Shown: positions 20,360 through 32,464, counted from the first letter of the stretch. The stretch: DNA of 64,000 nucleotides from Verrucomicrobiota bacterium (GCA_039798785.1 JBDKFG010000014.1:1-64000), one strand, 5' to 3'. Made by a program: numbers and translations. The notes: a model not told the origin generated them from the sequence alone.

Positions 20360-21055
20360 TCAGCTCTTCCTCTTGGCCTTCTTGAGCTTGCGCTTGGCCA
20401 GGCCCTGGGCGATCGACTCGGTGAGCTTGTCGCAGAGTTCCTTCTTGGTGGCGCAGGGAGCGGAGTCGCCATCGGGATTGATGACGAAGGTGCGGTGCTG
20501 TTCGCCCGCGACTTCGTCGAGATTGTTGGCGACGATCAGGTCGGCGGAAGAGGCGTGCAGGCTGCGCAGGGCGATGGTATGCAGGCGACGGTCGCTCAAC
20601 CCGACCTGGAGCTTGAACTTGACCAGGAAGGCCTCGGGTTGCGCCGCGCGCACCGCGTCGACCAGCTTCGGCGTCGGCACCAGCTTCAGGTTGAAGCCGC
20701 GTTTCGACGAGGTCTTGCCGGGGCGGACTTCCGCCGCGGTGAAGTCGGAGACGGCGCTGGAGTGGAGGATCAAGTCCCAGCGGTGCAGGGAGCACTCGGT
20801 TTCGAGCAGATCTTTCAGCTCATCGAAGTAGAAGAACTGGTGGATCCGCATGCTGGTCCAGTCGTCGGCGGTGTATTTCGCCCGTCCCGGCCCCATCAGC
20901 AGGGTGACGTCGGCGCCGAGGCCTTGGAAGTGGCGGGCGAGGCGCAGTCCGGTTTCGCCGGAGAAGACGCTGGTGAGGACGCGGACGCGGTCGACTGGGG
21001 TCCAGGTCGGGCCGGCGGTGACGAGAACGCGAAGTCCGGCGAAGCTGAAGGCCAT
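20360..21055 (-). CDS. coaB: Stand-alone CoaB-like (phosphopantothenate-cysteine ligase/DFP) domain protein
   Basis: VLVTAGPT..PVDRVR, SG.TG..LA, HSSAVSDF, L.L.PTPK, DLIVANNL; no CoaC domain. Confidence 0.75.
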   Translation of the reverse strand: MAFSFAGLRVLVTAGPTWTPVDRVRVLTSVFSGETGLRLARHFQGLGADVTLLMGPGRAKYTADDWTSMRIHQFFYFDELKDLLETECSLHRWDLILHSSAVSDFTAAEVRPGKTSSKRGFNLKLVPTPKLVDAVRAAQPEAFLVKFKLQVGLSDRRLHTIALRSLHASSADLIVANNLDEVAGEQHRTFVINPDGDSAPCATKKELCDKLTESIAQGLAKRKLKKAKRKS

Positions 21056-21122
21056 GAGATTCTCCTTGCGGGCTTGAACAAAGCAGTGTACACCTTGGCG
21101 GCGCCGGAGCAAGAGGATCGGC

Positions 21123-21146
21123 GGATTCTCGGATTCTCGGATTCTC
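21123..21146. repeat. Tandem octamer (GGATTCTC)x3
   Basis: Directly visible in the divergent intergenic region. Confidence 0.85.
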
Positions 21147-21251
21147 GGGCTGGAAGGGAAGCTTGACGCGATTTCTTGATTGATCTTCGCGGCGTCGGAG
21201 GAATACTAGGCTCCGCACAACAGGAAAAATGCCAAACGCAAGGACTCTCTC

Positions 21252-22142
21252 ATGGTCGAACGGTGCCGAAAAATTGAAAAGTCGCCGATTTTCCAGCGAT
21301 TCATCATCGGCGTGATCATCCTCGCCTCGATCCTGGTCGGCGCCGAGACCTACCACTCTTTCTACGAGGCTCACCATCAAATCCTGCATGGGCTCGACAA
21401 GGCGATCCTGGGAATCTTCACCTTTGAGCTCCTGGTCAAGCTCATCGCCCGCGGCTCGCGGCCGCAAGACTTCTTCAAGGACGGCTGGAACGTCTTCGAC
21501 TTCCTCGTCGTCACCGTCTGCTACCTGCCGGTGAGCGGCCAGTACGTGTCGGTGCTGCGACTCGCCCGGGTGATGCGGATACTCCGCCTGGTCTCCGCCA
21601 TTCCCAAGCTGCAGGTGCTGGTCGGCGCCCTGTTCAAGAGCATCCCCTCGATGGGCTATGTCAGCATCCTTCTCTTCCTCTTCTTCTACGCATATTCGGT
21701 CTGCGGCACGATGTTCTTCGGCGTCCACGACGCCGAACACTTCGGCACCCTCCATATCAGCATGCTCACCATGTTCCGGGTCGTCACCCTGGAGGGCTGG
21801 ACCGAGCTGATGTACATCAACATGAAGGAGATGCCCCTGGGCTCGCCGCTCTTCTTCGTCTCCTTCATCCTGGTCGGAACGATGGTGATCATGAACCTCT
21901 TCATCGGCATCATCATGAAAGGGATGGAAGAAGCGCAGCGCGAACAGGACGAAGACGAGAAGAGCCGCCGCGAAGGCGAGGCCCGCACCGTGCATCACGA
22001 TCTTGAGGAGATGACGCAGAAGATGGACGAGCTGGCGGCGCAGATCGCCCAGCTCAACCGCCGTCTTCGCAGCGCCGATCCGGCCTATCTCGGCAAGAGA
22101 GCCAAGCCCGAGACGTCCCGGGAGGCCGATCCCGAGCCATGA
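21252..22142 (+). CDS. Prokaryotic 6-TM voltage-gated cation channel (BacNav family)
   Basis: WNVFDF (S3), S4 RLARVMRILRLV, filter TLEGWTE, S6 MNLFIGII, C-terminal coiled coil. Confidence 0.93.
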   Translation: MVERCRKIEKSPIFQRFIIGVIILASILVGAETYHSFYEAHHQILHGLDKAILGIFTFELLVKLIARGSRPQDFFKDGWNVFDFLVVTVCYLPVSGQYVSVLRLARVMRILRLVSAIPKLQVLVGALFKSIPSMGYVSILLFLFFYAYSVCGTMFFGVHDAEHFGTLHISMLTMFRVVTLEGWTELMYINMKEMPLGSPLFFVSFILVGTMVIMNLFIGIIMKGMEEAQREQDEDEKSRREGEARTVHHDLEEMTQKMDELAAQIAQLNRRLRSADPAYLGKRAKPETSREADPEP

Positions 22143-22294
22143 AGACCAACCGAAAAAACAGTCGTTGAAAAGTCATTCAAAGATCAGCTGGATCGGACTT
22201 TCAACCCGTCACATTCCCATCCTGCGTCATGGCGATTGATTCCTCGCCTCCCGCCGCTACACTCCGCAACGATCACCAAACTGTCGGACTCGCA

Positions 22295-22960
22295 ATGACC
22301 TACACTCACATCCTTTGGGACTGGAACGGCACTCTCGTCGACGACGTCGACCTCTGCGTCCGGACCACCAACAATCTCCTCGCCCGCCGCGGTCGTCAGC
22401 CCATCGGCCGTGAGCAATACCTCCGCCAGTTCACCTTTCCGGTGACCCAGTTCTACCAGGCCATCGGCTTCGACTTCGCCCGAGAAGACTACATGCAGAT
22501 GGCCGACGAATGGATCGCCGAATACCGCGGCGGCTTCGCCGCGATGAGCCGCCTCAACGGGCCGGTGCATGAAGCCCTTGACGGCGTCGCCGCCCTCGGG
22601 CTGCCGCAATCCATCCTCTCCGCCTGCGAAACCCGCCTTCTTCATGCCTCGATCGAGCACATGGGCCTGAGCGGCCGCTTCACCAAGATCTTCGGCACCG
22701 GCGACAACGCCGCCCACGGCAAAGGCGAACTTGCCCGCCAAGTCGCCGGCGGCGGCCATTTCGACCCCGCCAGCACCGTCCTCTTCGGCGATACCGAACA
22801 TGACGCGGAAGTCGCCCGCGACGCCGGCATAGACTGCGTCCTGATCGCCAAGGGGCACCAGCATCCCGAGCGCCTCCGCGCCACCGGCCACGAAGTCCTC
22901 GACTGCATCTCGCAAGTCCCGGGCTGGCTGCAACAGCGCCGCAGCGCCCGACACCATTGA
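22295..22960 (+). CDS. HAD-family hydrolase (phosphoglycolate phosphatase-like)
   Basis: WDWNGTLVDD, ILSA, K, FGDTEHD, GHQ motifs. Confidence 0.9.
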   Translation: MTYTHILWDWNGTLVDDVDLCVRTTNNLLARRGRQPIGREQYLRQFTFPVTQFYQAIGFDFAREDYMQMADEWIAEYRGGFAAMSRLNGPVHEALDGVAALGLPQSILSACETRLLHASIEHMGLSGRFTKIFGTGDNAAHGKGELARQVAGGGHFDPASTVLFGDTEHDAEVARDAGIDCVLIAKGHQHPERLRATGHEVLDCISQVPGWLQQRRSARHH

Positions 22961-22990
22961 CTCCCAAAGACACAGCAAAGGAACACCAGC

Positions 22991-24397
22991 ATGAGCCAGC
23001 GCGCCCACACCGTCGAGAAGATCGGCGGCACCTCGATGTCCCAGTTCGACAAGCTTCTCGAGACCATCCTCATCGGCAAGCGCACTGGCGACGAGCTCTT
23101 CAACCGCATCTTCGTCGTCTCCGCCTACGCCGGCATCACCGACATGCTGCTCGAGCACAAGAAGTCGGGCCTGCCCGGCGTCTACAGCCGCTTCGCCAAT
23201 CCCGATGAAGAATGGGAAGCCGATCTCGACAAGGTCCTCGCCCGCATGTGCGAGATCAACGCCGGTTTCGCCTCGCTCGGTCTCGACGTCGTCGCCGCCA
23301 ACACCATCGCCACCGAACGCATCCAGGGCATCCGAGCCTGCTTGAAGGACCTCGACAACGTCTGCACTTACGGCCACTTCCAGATCAGCGACTTCCTCCC
23401 CGCCATCCGCGAAATGCTCGCCTCCCTCGGTGAATTCCACTCGGCCTGGAACTCAGTCGAAATCCTCAAGGCCAAAGGCATCAATGCCACCCTCGCCGAT
23501 CTCACCGGCTGGAAAGACAAACAGGACCTGCCCTTCGCCGACAAGATCCGAGCCTCCTTCGCCGGCATCGACTTCGACAAGACCGTGGTCATCGCCACCG
23601 GCTACACCAAGTGCTCGGAAGGCCTGATGACCACTTTCGACCGTGGCTACTCCGAAATCACCTTCTCCAAGATCGCCTGTGTCACCGGCGCCCGGGAAGG
23701 CGTCATCCACAAGGAATTCCACCTCAGCTCCGGCGACCCCAAGCTGGTCGGAATCGACAAGGTCAAGATCATCGGCCGCACCAATTTCGACGTCGCCGAC
23801 CAGCTCGCCGACATGGGCATGGAAGCCATCCACCCCCGCGCCTCGAAGGAGATGGAGCAGCTCGACATCCCCATCCGCGTCGCCAACGCCTTTGAACCCG
23901 AACACCCCGGCACCCTGATCTCGAAGGATTTCAAATCGCCCAGCCCCCGCGTCGAAATGGTCACCGGCCGCAAGGACCTCGTTGCCATCGAAGTGCACGA
24001 TCCCGACATGGTCGGCGTCCCGGGCTACGACGCCCGCATCACCAGCCTCCTGGCCAAGCACAAGATCAGCTACATCGCCAAGAACACCAACGCCAACACC
24101 ATCACCCACTACCTGCCGAAGAAGTCGAAGAGCCTTCAGCTCTTCATGACTGAGCTGCGCGCCGAATTCCCCGGCGCCAACATCCGCTCGGAAGACACCG
24201 CCATCGTCTCCGCCATCGGCTCCAACATCAACCACCCCGGCTTCCTCGCTCGCGCCGCCCAGGCCCTCGCCGACGCCAAGGTCAACATCCTCGGCATGAA
24301 CCAGGACATGCGCCAGGTCAACATGCAGTTCATCGTCGACCTGCATGACTTCGACAAGGCGATCAAGGCCATGCACGTCGGTCTGGTCGAGAACTGA
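22991..24397 (+). CDS. ask: Aspartate kinase, Ask_Ect-like subtype
   Basis: HTVEKIGGTSMS, VVSAYAGITD.LLEHKK, FDRGYSEITFS, HKEFHLSS.DP, GMEAIHP, two ACT-like domains. Confidence 0.92.
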   Translation: MSQRAHTVEKIGGTSMSQFDKLLETILIGKRTGDELFNRIFVVSAYAGITDMLLEHKKSGLPGVYSRFANPDEEWEADLDKVLARMCEINAGFASLGLDVVAANTIATERIQGIRACLKDLDNVCTYGHFQISDFLPAIREMLASLGEFHSAWNSVEILKAKGINATLADLTGWKDKQDLPFADKIRASFAGIDFDKTVVIATGYTKCSEGLMTTFDRGYSEITFSKIACVTGAREGVIHKEFHLSSGDPKLVGIDKVKIIGRTNFDVADQLADMGMEAIHPRASKEMEQLDIPIRVANAFEPEHPGTLISKDFKSPSPRVEMVTGRKDLVAIEVHDPDMVGVPGYDARITSLLAKHKISYIAKNTNANTITHYLPKKSKSLQLFMTELRAEFPGANIRSEDTAIVSAIGSNINHPGFLARAAQALADAKVNILGMNQDMRQVNMQFIVDLHDFDKAIKAMHVGLVEN

Positions 24398-24422
24398 GCC
24401 GAGTGGCGGCTTGAATGAATGA

Positions 24423-24461
24423 ACGAAGGGAGGCAGCGAGCGGCCTCCCTTCGTCTTCTTT
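24423..24461 (+). terminator. Intrinsic terminator after aspartate kinase
   Basis: acgaagggaggc-N8-gcctcccttcgt followed by cttcttt. Confidence 0.7.
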
Positions 24462-24590
24462 GCACCCCTGGGAGTGCGCCACCCCTAGCGCCCTGGCTTT
24501 CGCCTCCGGCGAAATCTGCTGTTCTGAAGGGGCGCCAAACAAATCAGCGGCAGAGGATTGCCACGCTCCCATGGGACTTGCTAGCCGACT

Positions 24591-24619
24591 AAAAAACCCC
24601 CCGCGTTTCGGCGGAGGGC
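24591..24619 (-). terminator. Intrinsic terminator for the 24642-24935 gene
   Basis: Minus strand ccctccgc-cgaaac-gcgggggg followed by T6. Confidence 0.7.
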
Positions 24620-24641
24620 TCTTGCAGCAACAGCATCCGGC

Positions 24642-24935
24642 TTATTGGGCGAGGATGTTGTTAAGCTGGGCGACGATACGCTCATCGGCCTTGAGGCTGA
24701 GCAGCTCGTTGCCCGCGTAGTGGAAGTTCTTGCGGTAGAGAGTGCGCTGGTAGTTCTTGCGGTCGCTCTGCAGGATGATGGTCCAGACGGTGCGGTTGTC
24801 GACTTCGCCAGCGTTGCGAAGCTTCTTGTTGGTGCGGCGGTTGCGCAGGTTGAGAAGCAGGATGTGCTGGCCGTCGGCTTGGACGAGTTCTTGCACTTTG
24901 CTCCAGGTCAGTCCCGCAGGGATAGTGTTGCCCAT
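24642..24935 (-). CDS. Small basic hypothetical protein (97 aa)
   Basis: GGAGA RBS, host-like codon bias, own terminator; MGNTIPAGLTW...NILAQ. Confidence 0.7.
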   Translation of the reverse strand: MGNTIPAGLTWSKVQELVQADGQHILLLNLRNRRTNKKLRNAGEVDNRTVWTIILQSDRKNYQRTLYRKNFHYAGNELLSLKADERIVAQLNNILAQ

Positions 24936-25108
24936 GGCGTTCTCTCCGATTTCTGGTTGTTTGGTTGTTGTCTCGAGGGGCCGCAAGTTTAACCCCGCCT
25001 CAGCTGCAGTCAAGCCCTGCAAGCAAAAAAATAGCCCGGGCGCCGATCTCGCCATTCATCAATTGCCGGACTAATGTGGGGCCGTTTCACCCGCCACAAG
25101 GAGCCCGC

Positions 25109-25990
25109 ATGCGCCTGTTCATCCTCCTGCTCTCCTGCCTGCTCTCTCTCGATCTCGCCGCCCAGGTGCAGCTTGGCGTCACCACCGAGCGAGACAACTA
25201 CCTGCGTTACGAACCGGTCACCGGCAAGATCACCATTGTCAACAACAGCGGCGTCCAGCTCCGCTTCGACAAGAACAACCCCGGCGCAAGACTCCGACTC
25301 GTCCTGATCAACGAGCAGCAGCAGCTCATCGAACCCTTCAAGGACGACTTCAATCCCATCGCCGGACTCGTCCTCGCTGCCGGTGAAACCCGCAGCCTCG
25401 AGCTCAACATCAACGAACACTACCCGATGTCCGCCACCGGCAAATACTCCCTCACCGCCGAACTCGCCCACCCGGCCTTCGCCCTGAAATTCGCCTCCGA
25501 CAAGTGCCCGCTGGAGATCAGCCCCGGGATCTCGATCGCGAAACGCCCCTTCGGCATGACCGACCCCCTCGACACCCGCAAGGTGGTGCAGCGCTACTAC
25601 GAGCTCCTCGTCTTCAAACCCGCCGCAGGCGGCGCCGACATTCTCTGCCTGAAAATCGCCGACGACAAGTTCGTCTACGGCCTGCACCGCCTCGGCCCCC
25701 ACGTCAATGGCGTAAACATCGGCCATGACGTCGACGGATTCTCCTCGATCCACACCTTGATCCAGGTCAAGGCATCGCTTTTCGTCCACTCCGTCTTCTC
25801 ACCTTCCGGAGAGATGAAGCAGATCGTCGCCTACAGCGCCTCCTTCCAGGACTTCCCGGCCCTTCGCCGCGATCCCTCGCTCGGCAAGATCTCGGTCGAG
25901 GGGGGCGTCAAGTTGACCGAAGGGGTCGACTATCGCCGCGATGGCAACATGATCACCCTGACTCCCCGTGCCGACGCCGCCGCTCCTTGA
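25109..25990 (+). CDS. Exported hypothetical protein with beta-rich (Ig-like) N-terminal half
   Basis: AGGAG RBS, signal peptide MRLFILLLSCLLSLDLAA, Y.R.EPV and GKYSLTA motifs. Confidence 0.75.
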   Translation: MRLFILLLSCLLSLDLAAQVQLGVTTERDNYLRYEPVTGKITIVNNSGVQLRFDKNNPGARLRLVLINEQQQLIEPFKDDFNPIAGLVLAAGETRSLELNINEHYPMSATGKYSLTAELAHPAFALKFASDKCPLEISPGISIAKRPFGMTDPLDTRKVVQRYYELLVFKPAAGGADILCLKIADDKFVYGLHRLGPHVNGVNIGHDVDGFSSIHTLIQVKASLFVHSVFSPSGEMKQIVAYSASFQDFPALRRDPSLGKISVEGGVKLTEGVDYRRDGNMITLTPRADAAAP

Positions 25991-25994
25991 TCCG

Positions 25995-26612
25995 ATGACT
26001 GAAGCCGAAGCCGAGGCCGCCGCCTGGCGCGGCGACGTCTGGGATCCAGAAACGCCCCTCACCGCCGCCTCCGCCCTGCCGGATGCGGCTTTTTGGCGCG
26101 ACTGGCTGCTTTCCCGCAGCCTGCCGGCCTCAGAACGCTTCCGCTGGCAGCAGGCCCTCGCCGCGAACCGCCGTCCTCTGATCGAGCCGGAGGAATTCCA
26201 TTCCGGACGCCTGCCGCCGCCGCCGGGCCGGGAAGCCGGCGAACTCGCCGCATGGAAAGCCCTCGCCCTCGCCCGCTTCCTGCATCACCAGAACCATGAC
26301 GCCGGCCCCGCCACCGCTGCACTCCGCTGCGTCTGGCTCGGCCGCCTCCTCGACTTCTCCTGGCGCTCGCCCCGGCGAGCCCTCTTCTTCGACTTCTCCG
26401 ATCATACCCTTATGGAATTCTGCGCCGCCCAGGTGGCCTCGCCGCCGCCGAGCGCCGCCGAACGCCACCGCGTCCTGCAGGCCCTCGACGCCGCCGGAGC
26501 CGCCATCGGCTTCTTCGCCGCGCAAGGCCAGATCCGGCCCGAACACGCCGAAATCTGGCTGCGGATCACCGGACACCTCAGCTCTCAAGTCCAGCAATGG
26601 AAGACCGGATGA
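25995..26612 (+). CDS. Hypothetical protein
   Basis: Starts 4 nt after the previous stop; ATGA overlap with the helicase gene. Confidence 0.55.
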   Translation: MTEAEAEAAAWRGDVWDPETPLTAASALPDAAFWRDWLLSRSLPASERFRWQQALAANRRPLIEPEEFHSGRLPPPPGREAGELAAWKALALARFLHHQNHDAGPATAALRCVWLGRLLDFSWRSPRRALFFDFSDHTLMEFCAAQVASPPPSAAERHRVLQALDAAGAAIGFFAAQGQIRPEHAEIWLRITGHLSSQVQQWKTG

Positions 26613-28297
26613 TGCAGCTGCGCCCCGATCTCCTCGGCCTGATCAGCGCCCTCAGCGGCTACCAGCGCCGCGAAGAGCGCAGCAGCCGCGCCACCGCGAC
26701 CGAACGCCGCCGAGCCACCCCCGAGGAACTCGCCCAGGATGGCGAGGTGATAGCCTCCGCCCGCCTCGAAAGCGGCGGGCGCCAGGCCGTCTACCGCTGG
26801 GATAACGGGGAACCCAAGCTGCGCCGCAGCCAGATCCTGGAAATCCTCGACCGCACCGCCCCGGAACGGCCGCCGCGCCGCGCCGCCGTCCTCGCCTTCG
26901 ACCCCCTGCAGCGCCGCCTCGAACTCGACGTCGCCGCCGAAGGCCTGCCGCCCCTCGCCACCCTGATGCCGGCGCCGTCCCATGTCGCCGATGCCGTCGA
27001 CGAAGCCCTGCAATCCTTCTGCCGCCAGCCGACAGCCTGGCCCGCCGCCCTCGCCCTGCTCAATCGCAGCGAAGCGCCGCCCGACCCGGGCGGCCCGCCG
27101 CCACGACTCTCCGAAGGCGACGCCCGCTGCGACAGCATCGTCCGGCGAGCCCTCGCCCTCGACGGAGCCTGCCTCGCCGTCCAAGGTCCTCCAGGAACAG
27201 GCAAGACCCACGTCGGCGTCCGCATCGCCCTCGAAGCCATCCTCGGCAAACGCCGCGTCGGCCTTCTCGCTCCTTCGCACAAGGCGATCGCCAACTTCTG
27301 CGCCGCCCTCGCCAGGTTGGCCGAAAGCCGCCGAGTCCGCAACCTGTCGCTGGTCCGCTCGCGCGACCGCGAGGGCCTTGATCAGATTTCAGGCGTCGAC
27401 ATGGTCGACTCGCTCAGCCGCGACTTCAAGCGGCATCACCTTCTCGCCGGCACGATCTACCAGCTGTGCCGACTCCCCCCCGGCGCCCTCGACCTGCTGA
27501 TCATCGACGAGGCCGGCCAGATCCCCCTGGCCTGGGCCGCCGCAGCCGGACGCCTCGCCAAAAACATCGTCATCCTCGGCGACCAACGCCAGCTTCCCCA
27601 GGTGTCGATGGCGCAACATCCTGGCGGCGGACTCAGTTGCCTTGAACATTTCGCCGCGGGCGAGGCGGTGATTGATCCCCGGCGCGGTGAATTCCTCGAC
27701 CTCACCTGGCGGATGAACCCGGAGATCACCCGCTTCCTCAGCCGCAGCGTCTACGCCGGCCGTCTCAAGTCCCACCCTTCCACCGCCCTGCATGTGCTGA
27801 CTCAGCACGAGCCCCGTGATCCCGCCCTCGGCCCGGAGGCCCTGGTCTGGCTCAACCTCTCCCACCGCGGCCGCTCGCAGTCCTGCCCCGAAGAAGCCTC
27901 GGAGGTCGAACGCCTCTGCCGCCTCCTGCTTGAGCGCGGCCTCGCCCCGGAACAGATGATGATCGTCGTCCCCTTCCGCGCCCAGGAGGCCCTGCTCCGC
28001 GCCCGCCTCCCCGCCAGCCTCGGCAACCAGATCGGCACCGTCGACCGCTTCCAGGGACGCGAAGCCGATGTCGTCCTCTTCTCGATGACCTGCAGTGATG
28101 CCGAGTCGATGCCCCGCGACAGCGAATTCCTCTTCTCTCTCGAACGCCTCAACGTCGCACTCTCCCGAGCTCGCTGCAAGGCCATCCTCCTCTGCGGTGA
28201 CAAGCTCCTCTCCAGCCCCGCCCGCCAACTCGAACAGCTGCGCCTGATGGAAAACTTCTGCCGCCTCAAACAATGCTGCCTGCAAGTCCAAGTTTGA
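26609..28297 (+). CDS. Superfamily 1 (Upf1/Dna2-like) helicase
   Basis: QGPPGTGKT, APSHKAI.N, IIDEAGQ, GDQRQLPQV, TWRM, GTVDRFQGRE, RLNVALSRA. Confidence 0.92.
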   Translation: MMQLRPDLLGLISALSGYQRREERSSRATATERRRATPEELAQDGEVIASARLESGGRQAVYRWDNGEPKLRRSQILEILDRTAPERPPRRAAVLAFDPLQRRLELDVAAEGLPPLATLMPAPSHVADAVDEALQSFCRQPTAWPAALALLNRSEAPPDPGGPPPRLSEGDARCDSIVRRALALDGACLAVQGPPGTGKTHVGVRIALEAILGKRRVGLLAPSHKAIANFCAALARLAESRRVRNLSLVRSRDREGLDQISGVDMVDSLSRDFKRHHLLAGTIYQLCRLPPGALDLLIIDEAGQIPLAWAAAAGRLAKNIVILGDQRQLPQVSMAQHPGGGLSCLEHFAAGEAVIDPRRGEFLDLTWRMNPEITRFLSRSVYAGRLKSHPSTALHVLTQHEPRDPALGPEALVWLNLSHRGRSQSCPEEASEVERLCRLLLERGLAPEQMMIVVPFRAQEALLRARLPASLGNQIGTVDRFQGREADVVLFSMTCSDAESMPRDSEFLFSLERLNVALSRARCKAILLCGDKLLSSPARQLEQLRLMENFCRLKQCCLQVQV

Positions 28298-28308
28298 AAT
28301 CCGGCCAA

Positions 28309-28344
28309 GGAAAAACCCCGGGACGATCGTCCCGGGGTTTTTCC
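28309..28344. terminator. Bidirectional terminator (perfect 36-bp palindrome)
   Basis: ggaaaaaccccgggacga|tcgtcccggggtttttcc between convergent genes. Confidence 0.85.
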
Positions 28345-28359
28345 GGTGAAGAGGAAGAT

Positions 28360-29523
28360 TTAAGCCGCGGCCGGTGCCGCCACCCCAGGCTTACGCATCT
28401 TCATCCAGACCCCGACGCCGATCGCCGCAGCCACCAGGAGCAAGCTGAGCGACACCAGGGGGCGGTAGAAGAACCAAGCGACCGCCATGGTCAGTAGAGA
28501 CAGCGGCGCCGCCACCAGGAAGGCGATCAGACCCGTTCCGAATTCCGCAACGGCACCAAAGACCGGGACGACATCGGCAAGGACCACCAGGGGGCGCAGA
28601 ACTGTCATCACGCCGAAGAACATCACTGCCGCCCCGACCAGACGCAGGATCCAGGTCAGCTTGCTGTTGCTGCTCTCCGCCTGCTTGAACATCTCCTTGG
28701 CAGGCACCAAGCCATTCTGGACCATGAGAATCTGCCCCTGCTCCGAGTTCCAGGCAGCGAGACGATCACCGGCCTGACGCGCGACAATGCTGGCTTCCCC
28801 CGGACGACGCACCTGGAAGCTGATCCGAACATCGCCGACCTGGGCTTCATCGCCATTGATCGAAGTGGTCAGACGCCCCTCATGAAGACGCAGCTGGTTC
28901 GCCAGCTTGGCTGGCACCGCTTCGACCGGCAGAGCCTGGCTGCTGCCCAGGGACGCCGCCTGCGCAGTGACATCGAAGGCGCCAAGACGGGCCTCGCCAC
29001 ACTTCTGCGCAGAACTCCTCCACAACCAGGCGGAAGCCGGGGGGTTGACATGCTCGGCACTCTGCTTGAATTCGACCGAGGAGATCGGCGTCTCCGCCCA
29101 TTCCTTGGTGTAACTGTAGGTGGTCACGGTTTCCGTGCCGCCCCCCATCTTCTTATCGGTCTTACTGCTGCTGCTCTGCTTCCACTGCAGCATCTCGACA
29201 CGACGCTCCAATCCCAGAGCTCCAGCCGCCTTGACGCCGAAGACCTCGTCCTCCAATGCGCCGCCGACAACGACCTTGCCGCTGACATGGACCAGCTTTT
29301 CATTGTTGGCCGGATCAATCTTCTCCGGCGTCACTGCGATGACGCTGCTGGCGCCGCTCGCCAAGTTCTTGGCCTGCTGCACCGCGCGACCTTCGTTCCA
29401 AAACAGCAATGGGAAAGCTGCTATGAACAAAGCCACACCAAAAAGAGATCCCTTCAGGGACTCTATGATTCGGGCTCCCCAGGATTGACTGGAATGTTCT
29501 TGAGTCTCGTCAGACATCGTCAT
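28360..29523 (-). CDS. TMEM43 (DUF1625) family membrane protein
   Basis: LLFWNEGRAV, KLVHVSG, LERRVEMLQW, VGDVRISF, TWILR, three C-terminal TM helices. Confidence 0.85.
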   Translation of the reverse strand: MTMSDETQEHSSQSWGARIIESLKGSLFGVALFIAAFPLLFWNEGRAVQQAKNLASGASSVIAVTPEKIDPANNEKLVHVSGKVVVGGALEDEVFGVKAAGALGLERRVEMLQWKQSSSSKTDKKMGGGTETVTTYSYTKEWAETPISSVEFKQSAEHVNPPASAWLWRSSAQKCGEARLGAFDVTAQAASLGSSQALPVEAVPAKLANQLRLHEGRLTTSINGDEAQVGDVRISFQVRRPGEASIVARQAGDRLAAWNSEQGQILMVQNGLVPAKEMFKQAESSNSKLTWILRLVGAAVMFFGVMTVLRPLVVLADVVPVFGAVAEFGTGLIAFLVAAPLSLLTMAVAWFFYRPLVSLSLLLVAAAIGVGVWMKMRKPGVAAPAAA

Positions 29524-29741
29524 CGCCTCATGTTGTTGTTTTGCTCATCCGTACACGTCATCGTGCGTTCATGACAATTCTGCCCCCACCCACGATTACA
29601 ATTCCCGTAAGACTTCTTAATCAAAGGGAATTTTAGAATCACACCCCTCCAGCACCACCACAACTGCGACACTCTTCCTATGGTTTTTTACCTTCGCCGC
29701 ACTACTTTGTGCGGCTTTTTTCAACCCACCAGGAATCCCCC

Positions 29742-32445
<2,704 letters not shown>

Positions 32446-32447
<2 letters not shown>

Positions 32448-32464
32448 GCGCAGCGGAGTCAGCC
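32446..32464 (+). repeat. Single 19-bp copy of the repeat core GAGCGCAGCGGAGTCAGCC
   Basis: Identical to 33330-33348; fills the gap between the leuS stop and the next ATG. Confidence 0.9.

Noticed and set aside
24469..24572. Degenerate REP-like pair (tgggagtgcg ... cacgctccca)
   Set aside because: Complementarity is too short and imperfect to support without genome-wide counts.
29524..29741. T-box leader upstream of leuS
   Set aside because: No T-box consensus or leader terminator visible; the region is a short divergent promoter gap.
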